A DNA stretch of 64,000 nucleotides. It comes from Squalus acanthias. Its lineage: Eukaryota. The stretch spans positions 110,052,001 to 110,116,000 of the forward strand of contig CM059431.1 in assembly GCA_030390025.1 (NCBI GenBank). The letters are read 5' to 3'. Below the pieces are notes generated by a model. The model ran no database searches. It was given only the letters and a program-made list of their open reading frames with translations, and was not told the DNA's origin. This document shows, piece by piece, positions 27,626 to 40,403 of this stretch (its first letter is position 1; every line of letters begins with the position of its first letter). A program made the translations under genes and the position numbers.

Positions 27626-28391
27626 GGCCCAGAAATTGGAGTTCGATGGTTGCCGCGGGGGTAAGGATCCCCCGCGATATCGCACTCCGCGCCTACCTTT
27701 ATGGTTTTGGCCCACACGAACTTCTGGTCCTGGGCGCCTCCCTGGTGCCGGCGCGCAGTGTGTGCATGTCCCAGAGGCGCAGTTAATTCGATGCGACCTC
27801 TGGGATCAGGTGGGCCAGTTAGAGCCAATGGCAGCACACCATCTTTCATTCATAGTTTTGACAGCAAGTGCTGTCAAAACTATGAATACAACAAGCCCCC
27901 AAAAGAACAGCTAAACCCCAATTAATTTTTTTTAAAAAGCCATCACATTAATAAAATAACTATAGTTAAATAAATTAACCACTTTAAACAAAAATTTAAA
28001 TTTTTGAAAAAATTTAAATTCTTTTTAAAAGTTATAAAAATAAACTTACCTTTCTTTAAAGTCTCTAAAAAAGATAAACCTGTTGAAAAAAATTTAAAAT
28101 AATACTTAATTAACTACTTACCTTGTTAAAAGGGGGTCTTACGCCTGCTTTCTTTATGTGTAAAATCTTAAACACTTACCTGCGCGTTCAAACCTGAAAA
28201 AAAAACTAAGTGCGCTGCGTGTGCACAACCTGTAGCGCGCACGCGGTTCACTTAGGAACCGCCCCCTTCGCAATACCCAAAGTGCCGGTTTCCCGCGCAT
28301 GCGCAGTGCATGCAGGAAACTGGCACTTCGGGACCTAATACGCGAGAGTACACAGTGCGTACTCTCCCGCATTAGGTCTAATTTTCGGGCC
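27626..28391. mobile_element. Harbinger-type MITE, family C
   Basis: TIR ggcccagaaatt / aattttcgggcc; TSD AAT/ATT; CpG-rich ends with AT-rich core; splits a CR1. Confidence 0.8.
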
Positions 28392-29338
28392 ATTAAGGCT
28401 ACTGGAATGTTGGCCTTTATCTCAAAGAGCTGGAATGCAAAGAGATGGAAGTTATGTTACAGCTGTACAGAGCTCTGGTCGACCCCATCTGGGGTACTGA
28501 TTTAGTGCTGGGCACCACACCTCAGGAAGGATGTATTGGCCTTGGAGGGCGTGCAGTGCAGATTCACCAAAATGATACTGGGGCTAAAAGGGTTAAATTA
28601 TGAGGACAGGTTGCATAGAGTAGGCTTGTATACTCTTGAATATAGAAGATTGTGAGGTGATCTAATTGAAGTGTTTAAGATGATTAAAGGATTTGATAGG
28701 TGTAGATAGAGAGAAACCGTGTCCAAAACAAGGGGGCATAACCTTAAAATTAGAGCTAAGTTGTTCAGGGGTGATCAGAAAGCACGTCTTCACACAAAGG
28801 GTAGTGGAAATCCAGAATACTCTTCCCCAAAAGGCTGTTGAGGCTAGGTCAATTGAATATTTCAAAACTGAGATAGATAGATTTTTGTTAGGCAAGGGTA
28901 TTAAGGGTTACGGAACCAAAGCGGGTAGATGGAGTTAAGATACAGATCAGCCATGATCTAATTGAATGGCGGTACAGGCTCGAGGGGCTGAATGGCCTAC
29001 TCCTGTTCCTATGTTGCATAAATATTTTCATTAAGGAGCTGGCAGGGGGCATTCTTCAGTTTCCTCTATATTTATGCATCCTCCATGGTCAGCGATGCAG
29101 AGAATTAGAACCTCTCTTTGGGAGTCCAAGTAAACATTCTTGGGCTTTGAAACCTCCTCCTTTCAGATACACCCAAGTTCTCCACTGAGAGAAGTTGGGC
29201 AAGGAGGAGGCATTAATGCACTGAGAATAAATACTGATAACCTACTATACAACTTTCCTTTATGTATAAAAATTTCTTTCTCCGATTTCCACTGAACTTT
29301 TGCCTTTTTTTCTCCTTTTTACCTGGTTTTCAAAGGTG

Positions 29339-30958
29339 TAACATAAGAACATAACATAAGAACATAAGAAATAGGAGCAGGAGTAGGCCAATCGGCCCCT
29401 CGAGCCTGCTCCGCCATTCAATAACATCATGGCTGATCTGATCCTAACCGCCAATCTACTATCTATCACAGAACCATCTCCTGCATCTAACAGAATTGCA
29501 CACACGAAATAGGAGCAGAATCAGGCTACACAGTCCCTGGGCCCGCTCCACTACCCACAGGGCCATGACCGATCCGAACCTAGACTCATGTCCAAATTCC
29601 TGCCCGCTCCCCGTAACCCTTAATGCCCTTTACTTCTAGGAAACTGTCTATTTCTGTTTTAAATTTAATTAATGTTGTAGCTTCTACAGCTTTTTGTGGC
29701 AGCATATTCCATGGACCTACACCCTCTGAGTGAAGTAGTTCCTCCTCATCTCAGTTTTGAAAGAGCAGCCCCTTATTCTAAGACTATGTCCCTAGTTCTC
29801 GTCTCACCCGTCATCGGGAACATCCTCCCCGCATCCACCCGATCCAACCCCTTCACAATCTTATATGTTTCAATAAGATCGCCTCTCATTCTTCTGAACT
29901 CCAATGAGTAGAGTCCCAATCTACCCAACCTCTCCTCATATGACCACCCCTCATCCCGGGATTAACCGAGTGAACCTTTTTTGCACTGCTTCGAGAGCAA
30001 GGATGTCTTTCCTTAAGTAAGGACACCAAAAACTGTATGCAGTATTCCAGGTGCGGTCTCACCAATACCTTGTACAACTGAAGCAATACCTCCCTATTTT
30101 TATATTCTATCCCCTAGCAATGAAAGCCAACATTCCATTTGCCTTCTTAATCACTTGCTGCACCTGCATACTAACCTTTTGAGTTTCGTGCACCAGGACC
30201 CCAGATCCCTTTGCACTTCAGTACTCTCCAGTTTCTTGCCATTAAGATAATAAATTGCTCTAGGATTTTCCTGCCAAAGTGCATCACCTCACACTTTCCA
30301 GTGTTGTATTCCATCTGCCAAATCTCTGCCCACTTACTTAGCCTGTCTATGTCCCCTTGCAGGTTTTTTATGTCCTCCTCACTCACTACTTTCCCTCCCA
30401 TCTTTGTATCATCTGCAAATTTTGATATGTTACACTTGGTCCCTTCCTCCAAATCGTTAATATAGATTGTGAAGAGTTGGGGACCCAGCACTGACCCCTG
30501 TGGAAACACCACTAGTTACTGATTGCCAGTCTGAGAATGAACCATTTATCCCAACTCTTTGCTTTCTGTTAGATAGCCAATCCTCTATCCATGCCAGAAT
30601 ATTACCCCCAATCCCGTGATTTTTTACCTTAAGCAATAATCTTTTGTGTGGCACCTTGTCAAATGCCTTTTGGAAGTCTAAATACACTACGTCCACTGGT
30701 TCCCCTTTATCCACTCTATATGTTACTTCCTCAAAGAACTCCAGCAAATTTGTCAAACATGACTTCCCCTTCGTAAAACCATGCTGACTTTGTCCTATTA
30801 AATTATGATTATCCAAATGTCCTGTTACTGTTTCCTTAATAATGGACTCCAAAATTTTACCTACCACAGATGTTAGGCTAACCGGTCTATAGTTACCAGC
30901 CTTCTGTCTACTGCCCCTTTTTAAATAAGGGTGTTACATTAGCAGTTTTCCAGTCTGC
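29339..30958 (-). mobile_element. Young CR1 LINE, 5'-truncated
   Basis: QHGFTKGKSC, DFQKAFDKV, QGSVLGP, KFADDTK; (ataagaac)n tail. Confidence 0.95.
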
Positions 30959-31013
30959 ATGGAGTTCGAACAACATTATAATAGTTAACGGCGGTGACAA
31001 ACTGTTTAGCCTT

Positions 31014-31443
31014 AGGAACATCAGAACAGGAGTAGGCCATTCAGCCCCTTGAGCCTGTTCCGCCATTCAGTTAGATTATGGCTGATCTGTACATCAATTC
31101 CACCTGCCTTTGATCTATATCCCTTGATACCCTTACCTAACAAAAATCTATTCATCTCAGTCTTGAAAATTGACTCAGCAATCCACAGCCTTTTGAGGGT
31201 GAGAGTTCCAGATTTCCACTACCCTTTCTGTGAAAAAGTACTTGCTGATTTCACTCCTAAATGGCCAAGCTCTAATTTTAAGATTATGCCCCCTTGTTCC
31301 TTGTTCTGGATTACCACATCGGAGGAAGTAGTTTCTCTGTATAAGAACATAAGAAATAGTATCTACCCTATTGAATCCTTTCATCACTTAAACACCTTGA
31401 TTAGGTCGCACCTCGACCTTCTAAACTCAAAGGAACACAAGCC
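31014..31443 (-). mobile_element. CR1 3' fragment
   Basis: TRGHNLKIRA...VEIWNS plus 3'UTR. Confidence 0.85.
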
Positions 31444-32019
31444 AAAGGGGAAGGTGTCGCAGCTGATTTCAGTCATGTCCTCGTCTGATATCCACTTGTG
31501 TGCAGTTTCAAGGGTCACGGGTGTTTTTTTGTTTTGCTGGCTGACAGCTATTTTTTTTAATGTGGTCCTTCATAAAATTGATTTGGCGTACAGAAACATG
31601 ATGTTCTGCCAGACATGAGTAGGAAAGAAATGGTAATCAGATTAGCATCAATTACAAGCCTGCTTGAAACTTGGTTGAACATGTTGAGGCAAACTGGGTT
31701 CGTTTGGCACAACAAGAATAGGGCTGAATATTGTATTAGATTAATACTTGGTTTGGAAAATATCCATTTGTGCAAGGTGATAGCTCAAAGTGTAGAAGAA
31801 ATCCCCAGACGATTTTGCATTGATTTATCATGTTAGTAATGTTTTGAGTGAATATTGTATACAGGGATCATTTTATAGTACAGCCAATGTGCATTGCTGC
31901 TGCACTGTAATTACAGTTGACAGCATTTATACTTGGATCTGGTGTCAAAACAGAATGAAAGACCTTACGTGTACCTGGGAATGAACAGGAGACTTATTTG
32001 AAACTGATACAGAGACAGT

Positions 32020-33432
32020 GGCTGGAATTTTGCCTACCTGGACGGGTCCGGTGCGGGCAGTGTCCACGGCAGGTCCCGACCCCACTGCTGGCTCCATCCC
32101 GCTGCTGAAAATAAACTTACCTTAATGGGGTCTATTAAGCCTCTACAGCGCGTTACCCGACCCAATTAGATGGAGCGGGTCTGGTGACTTCATTCATGAC
32201 GCATTTTCAGCCGGGATCCTTAAAGGGGACCCTGGCCACATTACATTTGACGTTTAATCTAACTACAATAATATAGTAACAGTTATATATGAGTGCCAAA
32301 GAAATATTTAAATAATATTATCATTAAGTAATATGACGCCATCTACAAATACAATCCAGAACATAATTTAAAAAGTACATTAATTGGGAAGTTATTGGTG
32401 CTTTAGTCACAAATCTATAGACTTTTGTATCTGTAACTGGTACAAATAAAAGATGTGTATGCTTAGGTAATACATAAAATTAAGCAGATTTTAAATCTAA
32501 TTGTAAAGGGGTGGATTTACAATCTTATGCAAGTTCAGCGGAACAGCTGCGGAATCCCTGACAAACAGTGTAAGTGGTACTTACAATGTGTTTCTGGGAT
32601 TTCTGCAGCTCTTCCGTTGAAGTTAACAATGGATAAGTGAGAGAACCTCTGCAGAAATTCACCCCCAAAGTCTCAGACTGAAAAATTAAATTAGTTATAT
32701 TCAGGGACTGAAAGCAAATTGAACCAGTGGAATGAGTGATGAGAATGAAATTGTTACGGTTGATGACTTGATTTAATCTGTAACTGGACAATCACAGTAT
32801 ACTGTGAGGAAAAGCCTGACCAGAAACAACAGAAAAATTTATTTAAATGATGTATGTCATTTTTTATAGTGCAGATCAATTCGCTGCAATTACTGTTGAG
32901 TTGGAAGGCAACAGCTGAGAATGGCCAGTGAAAAATGTATTTCCCTCACCATCCAGGGTAAGAGGGGAGCCTTCAGTTCTCACATCCCTTGAGGAATTTC
33001 TGAATTAACATTTACCAGTAGCTTTTCAAGTAGAACAGAATCTCCATCAATCTGTTAGCTGATGTGATCAGCATGTTTTTATTTTGGTTTGTTTTTCATG
33101 CTGTCAAGTAATCAGCTGGAGCAATGGCCACAGAACTCACGCCTCAGGTTAACAGACGTGGTTTCCGAGCTGCATGAATCCCGTGACCATGCACGGAAAT
33201 TTAAAAAGTATGTGAAAAACGGCTCTCAAGTGCCTGTAAACTACCTGATAATGATCTCAATTGGGTCCCCTGCCGCTGCCGGTCGGATCAGCTCCACGAT
33301 GAAAGACGCGCCTGGGGGAAAGGTGCGTGGGAGCGAGATGACAGCGGGTTCCTGACCCACTGTTAAAAATAACAACTTTCCCACCCGACCCTCCACCGAT
33401 CTCGTCCGCTACCACCCTGGAAAATTCAGCCT
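32020..33432 (+). mobile_element. Family A-related element with unrelated internal filler
   Basis: TIR ggctggaatttt / aaaattcagcct; TSD AGT; 32020-32250 and 33090-33432 match the two ends of copy 2; interior does not. Confidence 0.7.
32508..32666. mobile_element. Fold-back MITE
   Basis: ggggtggattt / aaattcacccc ends; AAA on both flanks; internal ~45-bp imperfect inverted repeat centred on gtaagt-ggt-acttac. Confidence 0.7.
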
Positions 33433-33849
33433 AGTGATTCACAATTAAATGTTTTTAATCATGAAGGAGGGATATTAGGATTATTCTACTGGATTAATTG
33501 ATAGAGAGGTCAACTGAAGAATCATAAAAGCGAGTGATATTCCTTCAACTGTGCATAACTGTCTCTGAGACTGCAAGTGACAAATAATTAATGCATTAGA
33601 AAGAAACTAAGATTGGCTGTAGGCACAGAATGGCCGCATTTCTAATCCATCACCAATCACCAGTGCCAACTGGGAGCATGAATTTAATCCAACAAAGATT
33701 ATACTTGCTGGACAAATAGGAAAATAAAGACTGGAAGGTGAATCTCCATTCTGGCATGTGGAGATTGAAAGCACAGATGCCATTTTAGATAGAAGTGAGA
33801 AATGTTTTCCATTTAGCTCTTTTGAGGAATATGAATTGGGAGCATCTGA

Positions 33850-34445
33850 AAGATGCCAAGAGGTAATGATGAGGTTATATAAAACCTTGATAAACCCTCC
33901 GATAGGAGTATTGTGTAGTATTGGGCTCCAATATTAGAAAAAGGATATTAAGGCTTTAGGGAGGTTACAACGCAGATTCACTAGGATGCTGTCTGGTACG
34001 AGGAAATACAAATACAAAGAAAGACTTGAGAAATTCAGTCTTTTTTCATTAGAACAATGCAAATTACAGGGCGATATGATCGAAATGTGCAAAAGTATGA
34101 AAGGATGGGATAGGGTAGATAGTAGACTGTTTCAAGTAGTTGAGGGGTCAAGAACAAGGAGCCATAGTTACGAGATTAAATGTAAATGATTTAGAACAGA
34201 AGGCAGGATAAACTTCTTCACACGGAGAGTAATGAGGATGTGAAATTCATTAGTAGTTCAGGCAGAAACTATGTAAACATTCAAGAGTAGATTGGATAGA
34301 TGGATGAAGGAAAAAGGGTTGAAGGGATATGGGAACATGATGACTAAATGTGATTAGAACAATTTGCTTACGTAGAGGGTAAATGCCAACACAGACTGGC
34401 TGGGCTGAATAGCCTGTTTTCATTAGTAAGTTCTGCCTATTTCTA
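33850..34445 (+). mobile_element. Old CR1 3' fragment
   Basis: YKERLEKFSLFSLEQCKLQGDMIE...RTRSH. Confidence 0.8.
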
Positions 34446-34475
34446 GATGTTTAGGGAAAAATGTTTGCTTTGAGG

Positions 34476-34937
34476 TGTTCAGCTGTGGCTCAGTTGGTAG
34501 CACACTTGCCTCTGAGTCAGAAGGTTGTGGGTTCAAGTCCCACTCCAGAGACTTGAGCACATAAATCTAGGCTGACGCTCCAGTGCAGTGCTGAGGGAGT
34601 GCTGCACTGTCGGAGGTGCCGTCTTTCGGATGAGACGTTAAACCGAGGCTTCTGCTCTCTCAGGTGGACGTAAAAGATCCCATGGCATTATTTCGAAGAG
34701 CAGGGGAGTTATCCCCGGTGTCCTGGCCAATATTTATCCTTCAACCAACATAACAAAAACAGATTATCTAGTCATTATCACATTGCTGTTTGTGGGACCT
34801 TGCTGTGCGCAAATTAGCTGCCGCGTTTCCCACATTACAACAGTGACTCCACTTCAAAGGTACTTAATTGGCTGTAAAGCGCTTTGGGACGTCCTGAGGT
34901 TGTGAAAGGTGCTATATAAATGCAAGTCTTTCTTTCT
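34476..34937 (+). mobile_element. Full-length tRNA-derived Deu-domain SINE (SacSINE1-like)
   Basis: A box tggctcagttgg; B box ggttcaagtcc; Deu core (ggatgagacgttaaaccgagg...aaagatcccatggca...ccccggtgtcctggccaa); L2-like 3' tail. Confidence 0.85.
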
Positions 34938-35274
34938 TACTGACATTCTGTGGAGCGATATGGGCTTCTTGAACAGTATGTAAGATGAGGGCATGTGGTT
35001 TTGAACAGGGCATTTTCAGTGACCAGTAGCTAAAACCAACATTTTTCCTTTGTTTGTTTTTAAGAAGCAACTTTTCCATTATTTTGAAAGTGATTCATTC
35101 AGTGGTGATGTCTGTAAAGACCTGTTTCAGTAACTCAAAGCTAATGCAAACCAGCCTCCAGGGTGATTATGATGATCAGGGGTGCTTTTGATGTGTTGAC
35201 GCTTATTTTTGAATTTGCCATTCTTGTAGTTTTGCCAAGTGACAATACTTCTTTAATTTATTATAATTATTCTG

Positions 35275-36812
35275 AGGAACGTAGGAACAGAAGTAGGCCA
35301 TTCAGCCCCTCTGGCCTCTTCTGCCATTTGATTAGATCATGGCTGATCTGTTACTCAACTTCATTTTACCTGCCTTTGATCCATATCCCTTGATACCCTT
35401 GCATAAATAAAATCTATTCATCTCAGTCTGGAAAATTTCAATTGACCCAGCATCCACAGCCTTTTGGGGCAAGATAATTCCAGATTTCTACTATCCTTAC
35501 TATTCCTTATTTAATTCCTGAATGACCTGGCTCTAATTGTAAGATTATGCCCCCTTGTTCTGGATTCTCCACCAGAGGAAATAGTTTTCCTTTATCTACC
35601 CTATCGAATCCCTTTATTATTTTAAACATCTCAATTAGATCACCTTTCAACCGTCTAAACTCAAGGACTAAGAAGCGAAGTTTATGCAACCTCTCCTCAT
35701 AATTTAACCCTTTGAACCGTGGTGGTATTCTGGTAAATCTGCGCTATACCCCCTCCAAGGCCAACATATCCTTCCTGAGGTGCGGTGCCCAAAAATGAAC
35801 ACCGTACTGCAGACGGGGTCTGACAAAGGCTATGTACAACTAAAGCATAATTGCCGTCGCTTTGTATTTCAGCCTCCATGAGATAAAGGCCAACATTTCA
35901 TAAGTCTTTGTGATTACATTTTTGTACCTGTGCACTAGCTTTTAGTCATTTCTGTACATGGACACCCAAATCCCTTTATTCATCCACAGTTTGTAGTCTC
36001 TTGACATTAAAAACAATTCCAATTTGTCTTTCTTCGATCCCAAGTGGATGACTTGCACTTCCCCACATTGAATTCCATCTGCCACCATTTTTCCCCACTT
36101 ACTTAATCTGTATATGTCCCTTTGTAAATTCTTGTTCCCATCTACACAATTTGCTGTGCCTCCTAACTTCATGTCGTCTGTAAACTTGGATATACAACTC
36201 TCTGTTCATTGATATATATGGTCAAAAGCTGAGACCCCAGATCCCTGGGGAACACAACTTGTTGCATCCCACCAATCAAAGTACATTCCCTTTATCCCTA
36301 ATCTCTGTCTACGACCTCGCAACCAATTACCAGAAGGTTTCCTCCAATTCCGTGCACTTTTACTTTTGCTAATAATTTCCTGTGCGGAACCTTATCAAAT
36401 GCCTTCTGGATGTCCATGTAGACAACATCCATAGACACTTCCTTATCCACCATGTAGGTGGCCTCCTTAAAAGTTCAGCTATATTAGTCAGACAGGACCT
36501 ACCATTCTCAAATCTCTGCTGACTCTCTTCGATCACCTCATACATATCCATGTGCTCAGTCTCTCTGTCCCTAATGATAGATTCCAGTAACTTCCCCAAA
36601 ACTGATGTTAAACGGACAAGTCTGTAGTTTCTTGGTTTCTCCCTCCCTCCCTCCCTTTTAAATAATGGAGTGATAATCCAAAGGTGCAATTCCCAAATCC
36701 AGAGAGCTTTAAAAATTATGACTAAAGCACCTGCAATTTCCTCACCTATTTCTTTTAATAACGTGAGATGGAAACAATCAGGTTCTGGAGATTTGTCTAA
36801 CTTGTCCCATTA
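35275..36812 (-). mobile_element. Degraded CR1
   Basis: NYRLVRLTSVLGKLLESII, GRSCLTN, RRLKGDLIE; many frameshifts. Confidence 0.85.
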
Positions 36813-36889
36813 TTTTCTCGAAATTCAACACCATTCAGGACAAAGCAGTCCCTCTTATCAGAAACCCATCCACCAGGTTAAAAATCCAC

Positions 36890-38968
36890 TCCTCCCACCA
36901 CTGGCGTACCGTGACTGCAGTGTATGCTATCTACAGGATGCACTGCAGCAAATCGTCACAGCTTCTTTGGCAGCACCTCCCAAACTCATGAACTCCACTA
37001 TATCGAAAGACAAAGGCAGCAGGTGCATGGAACACTATCGCCTCCAAATTCCCCTCCAAGGTCATTTTTTTTATTCGTTCCTGGGATGTGGACGTCGCTG
37101 GCAAGGCCAGCATTTATTGCCCATCCCTAAATGCCCTTGAGAAGGTGGTGCTGAGCCGCCGCCTTGAACCGCTGCAGTCCGCGTGGTGAAGGTACTCCCA
37201 CAGTGCTGTTAGGGAGATGGTTCCAGGATTTTGACCCAGTGACTGTGAAGGAACGGCGATGTACTTCCAAGTCAGGATGGTGTGTGACTTGGAGGGGAAC
37301 TTGGAGGTGATGGTGTTCCCATTCGCCGGCTGCCCTTGTCCTTCTAGGTGGTAGAGGTCGTGGGTTTGGGAGGTGCTGTTGAAGAAGCCTTGGCGAGTTG
37401 CTGCAGTGCATCTTGCAGATGGTACACACTGCAGCGACGGTACGCCGGTGGTGGTGAGAGTGAATGTTTAAGGTGGTGGATGGGGTGCCAATCAAGTGGG
37501 CTGCTTTGTCCTGGATGGTGTCAAGCTTCTTGAGTGTTGGAGCTGCGCTCATCCAGGCAAGTGGAGAGTATTCCATCAGACTCCTGACTTGTGCCTTGTA
37601 GATGGTGGAAAGGCTTTGGGGAGTCAGGAGGTGAGAGACTCGCTGCAGAATACCTAACCTCTGACCTGCTCTTGTAGCCACAGTATTTATGTGGCTGGGT
37701 CCAATTAAATTTCTGGTCAATGGTGACCCCCCCCAGGATGTTGATGTTGGGGGATTCGGCGATTGTAATGCTGTTGAATGTCAAGAGGCAGTGGTTAGAT
37801 GCTCTCTTGTTGGAGATAGTCATTGCCTGGTACTTGTGTGGCACGAATGTTACTTGCCACTTATCAGCCCAAACCTGAATGTCATCCAGGTCTTGCGGCA
37901 TGCAGGCATAGACTGCTTCATTATGAAACTGAACACTGTGCAATCATCAGCGAACATCCCCAGTTCTGATCTTATGATGGAGGGAAGGTCATTGATGAAG
38001 CAGCTGAAGATGGTTGGGCCTAGGACACTGCCCTGAGGAACTCCTGCAGCGATGCCCTGAGGAACTTCTGCAGCGATGTCCTGAGGCTGAGATGATTGGC
38101 CTTCAACAACCACAACCATCTTCCTTTATGCTAGGTATGACTCTAGCCAGTGGAGAGTTTTTCCCCTGATTCCCATTGACTTCAGGTTTACTAGGGCTCC
38201 TTGATGCCACACTCTGTCAAATGCTGCCTTGATGTTAAGGGCAGTCACTCTCACCTCACCTCTGGAATTCAGCTCTTTTGTTCATGTTTGGACCAAGGCT
38301 GTAATGAGGTCTGGAGCCGAGTGGTCCTGGTGGAACCCAAACTGAGCATCGGTGAGCAGGGTATTGGTGAGTAAGTACAGCTTGATAGCGCTGTCTACAA
38401 CACCTTCCATCATTTTGCTGATGATTGAGAGTAGACTGATGGGGTGGTAATTGGCCGGATTGGATCTGGCCTGCTTTTTGTGGACAGGACTTACCTGGGC
38501 GGTTTTCCACATTGTCAGGTAGATGCCAGTGTTGTAGCTGTATGGAATAGCTTGGCTGGAGGCATGGCTACTTCTGGAGCACAAGTCTTCAGCACGACAG
38601 CCGGGATATTGCCGGTAGCCTTTGCCGTATCCAGTGCACTCAGCCGTTTCTTGATACCACATGGAGTGAATCGAATTGGCTGAAGACTGGCTTCTGTGAT
38701 AGTGGGGACCTCAGGAGGAGGCCGAGATGGATCATCCACTCGGCACTTCTGGCTGAAGATGGTTGCAAACGCTTCAGCCTTGTCTTTTGCATATATGGCC
38801 ATTCCTTCATGGTTGCTGGGTCAAAATCCTGGACCTGCCTACCTAACAGCATTGTGGGAGTACCTTTTCCACACAGACTGCAGTGATTCAAGAAGAAAGC
38901 CCACCATCACCTTCTCAAGGGCCTTACCAGCGCCGTTCATACCCAGAGATTGAATTTTAAAAAAAATA
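36890..38968 (+). mobile_element. Older + strand copy of the same family, split into 36890-37063 and 38791-38968
   Basis: The two pieces are consecutive parts of the 3' end seen, reverse-complemented, at 37080-37470. Confidence 0.75.
37064..38790 (-). mobile_element. CR1-like non-LTR retrotransposon (second family), 5'-truncated
   Basis: NYHPISLLS, QFGF, GVPQGSVLGP, MFADDCT, MEYSPLAW; ends FKAAAQHHLLKG plus A-rich tail. Confidence 0.9.
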
Positions 38969-39754
38969 ACAGTACTAACACATAAATGTACATTACATAG
39001 CTGTTCAAGATGTAAAGCCTGGGGCTTATGTTAATAGTCTAATTTACAATGATGGCACCAATATATAGGAAATAGTAAGGATCTTGCTGAATCACATTGG
39101 TTATTATAAAAATTCAACAAGAATAATAGGCATCTTACTCGAATAAACATAAAATTATACATTTGTTTCTAACTGTAGCATGCACATTATTTGTTCTAGT
39201 GGAGGCGAGTTGGTGGTGATAACCACGAGGTAGCCTACAGGCCAAATGCAACCAGCAAGCTCTTCTGGTCTGGACCGGAATTCAGTTCCTTTCCTTGCAC
39301 ACTGTGCACAAAGCTGATTTTGACTTTAGCTACCAAAAATTCCCAGATGTAGAAAACTGGAAAAGGCTGCTCCCTGACTGGTGCTTTTTGACCAATTAGG
39401 GAGCAGCCATTTTGTGCCAATCAGGAATCAGCCTTTACCAGTCCGCCATGCCCAGGAACTTAAAGAACTGAAGCTTTCAAGTTTTGGAGTAGGAAAGGAT
39501 CGGAAGAAGAAGAGAGGGTTTGAATTTTCTGTATGTGAGGATCTCACTTTCTGTGTAGAGGTGCATCACTTTGGATGTCTCACTTTTGTGGTGGGTGGGG
39601 GTGGGTCTCTTTTTTTTATCAAAAAGGGATCACATTTCTATGTAAACATATGTGACCTACTTTTGGTTTTGATTCATATATCTAGGCCCCTGGCTCAAAA
39701 AAAATTGTCTTGTGGTTCATATTTAGGAAGATGTTAGTGCATGTTAAAGACATA

Positions 39755-39902
39755 GGCCTAAAAATTCGGTTGCTTTGCGCCTCTGACTTACTGCCGGACG
39801 CTATGTCCGATGGGGTCAGGGGGGCCTACCTGCAGCCGGGGCGGTAAGTAGCGCCCCGGCGAAGTTAGCGCCCCAAAGGGGGCGCAACTCAATTTTTCCC
39901 CC
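39755..39902. mobile_element. Small Harbinger-type MITE
   Basis: ggcctaaaaattcggttgc / gcaactcaatttttccccc; TSD ATA; right end resembles 50730-50763. Confidence 0.7.
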
Positions 39903-40039
39903 ATATTGCTTTGGTGGACATGAGATTATAAAGAACCAATTTATTTTTACATTAGGCGTTTTCTACAACCCCATCCAAAATCAGCATCTATATTTTTATA
40001 ATCCTTAGTAGTAGATAATCTGTGGTGTTGCACACAGGG

Positions 40040-40403
40040 ATCCTTGTCCTGGTCTTCAAATCCCGCAGCAGTCTCGCTGTTCCCTAGCTCTACTGGCCTT
40101 GCACCGTCTCCCACACTCTCTGGTCTTCCAATTCCAGCCTCCTGTGCATGCCCCCTGTCTTCGCCCCACCATTAGTGCAACAACCTTTAGCTGCCTCGGC
40201 CTTGATCTCTGAAGCTGTCTCCTAAAAGAACTCTGCCTCTCTATCTTTCCATCCACCCTTAAAAATCCTCTGAAACTGCATCTTTTAGTCACCTCACCTA
40301 ATGTCTCTCCCATTAGTTGGCATCCATTCCTCTTGTTACTTCTCTGTAAACCACCTTGGGACGTTCTGTATGTTAAAGGTGTATATCAATACAAGTTGTT
40401 GTT
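40040..40403 (+). mobile_element. L2-like 3' fragment
   Basis: Similar to 11040-11393; tail ccttgggacgtt...aatacaagttgttgtt. Confidence 0.7.

Larger units (their letters stand above)
26612..29015 (+). mobile_element. Fragmented CR1 interrupted by a Penelope-like end and a MITE
   Basis: KFADTTKLGG at about 27355; CR1 3' end at 28700-29015; sequence resumes across both nested insertions. Confidence 0.8.

Noticed and set aside
34476..34552. tRNA gene
   Set aside because: A and B boxes are present, but the sequence runs straight into the SINE body; it is a SINE head.
39365..39408. Small hairpin ggctgctccct / agggagcagcc
   Set aside because: Probably an old MITE remnant; no second copy or definable ends in the window.
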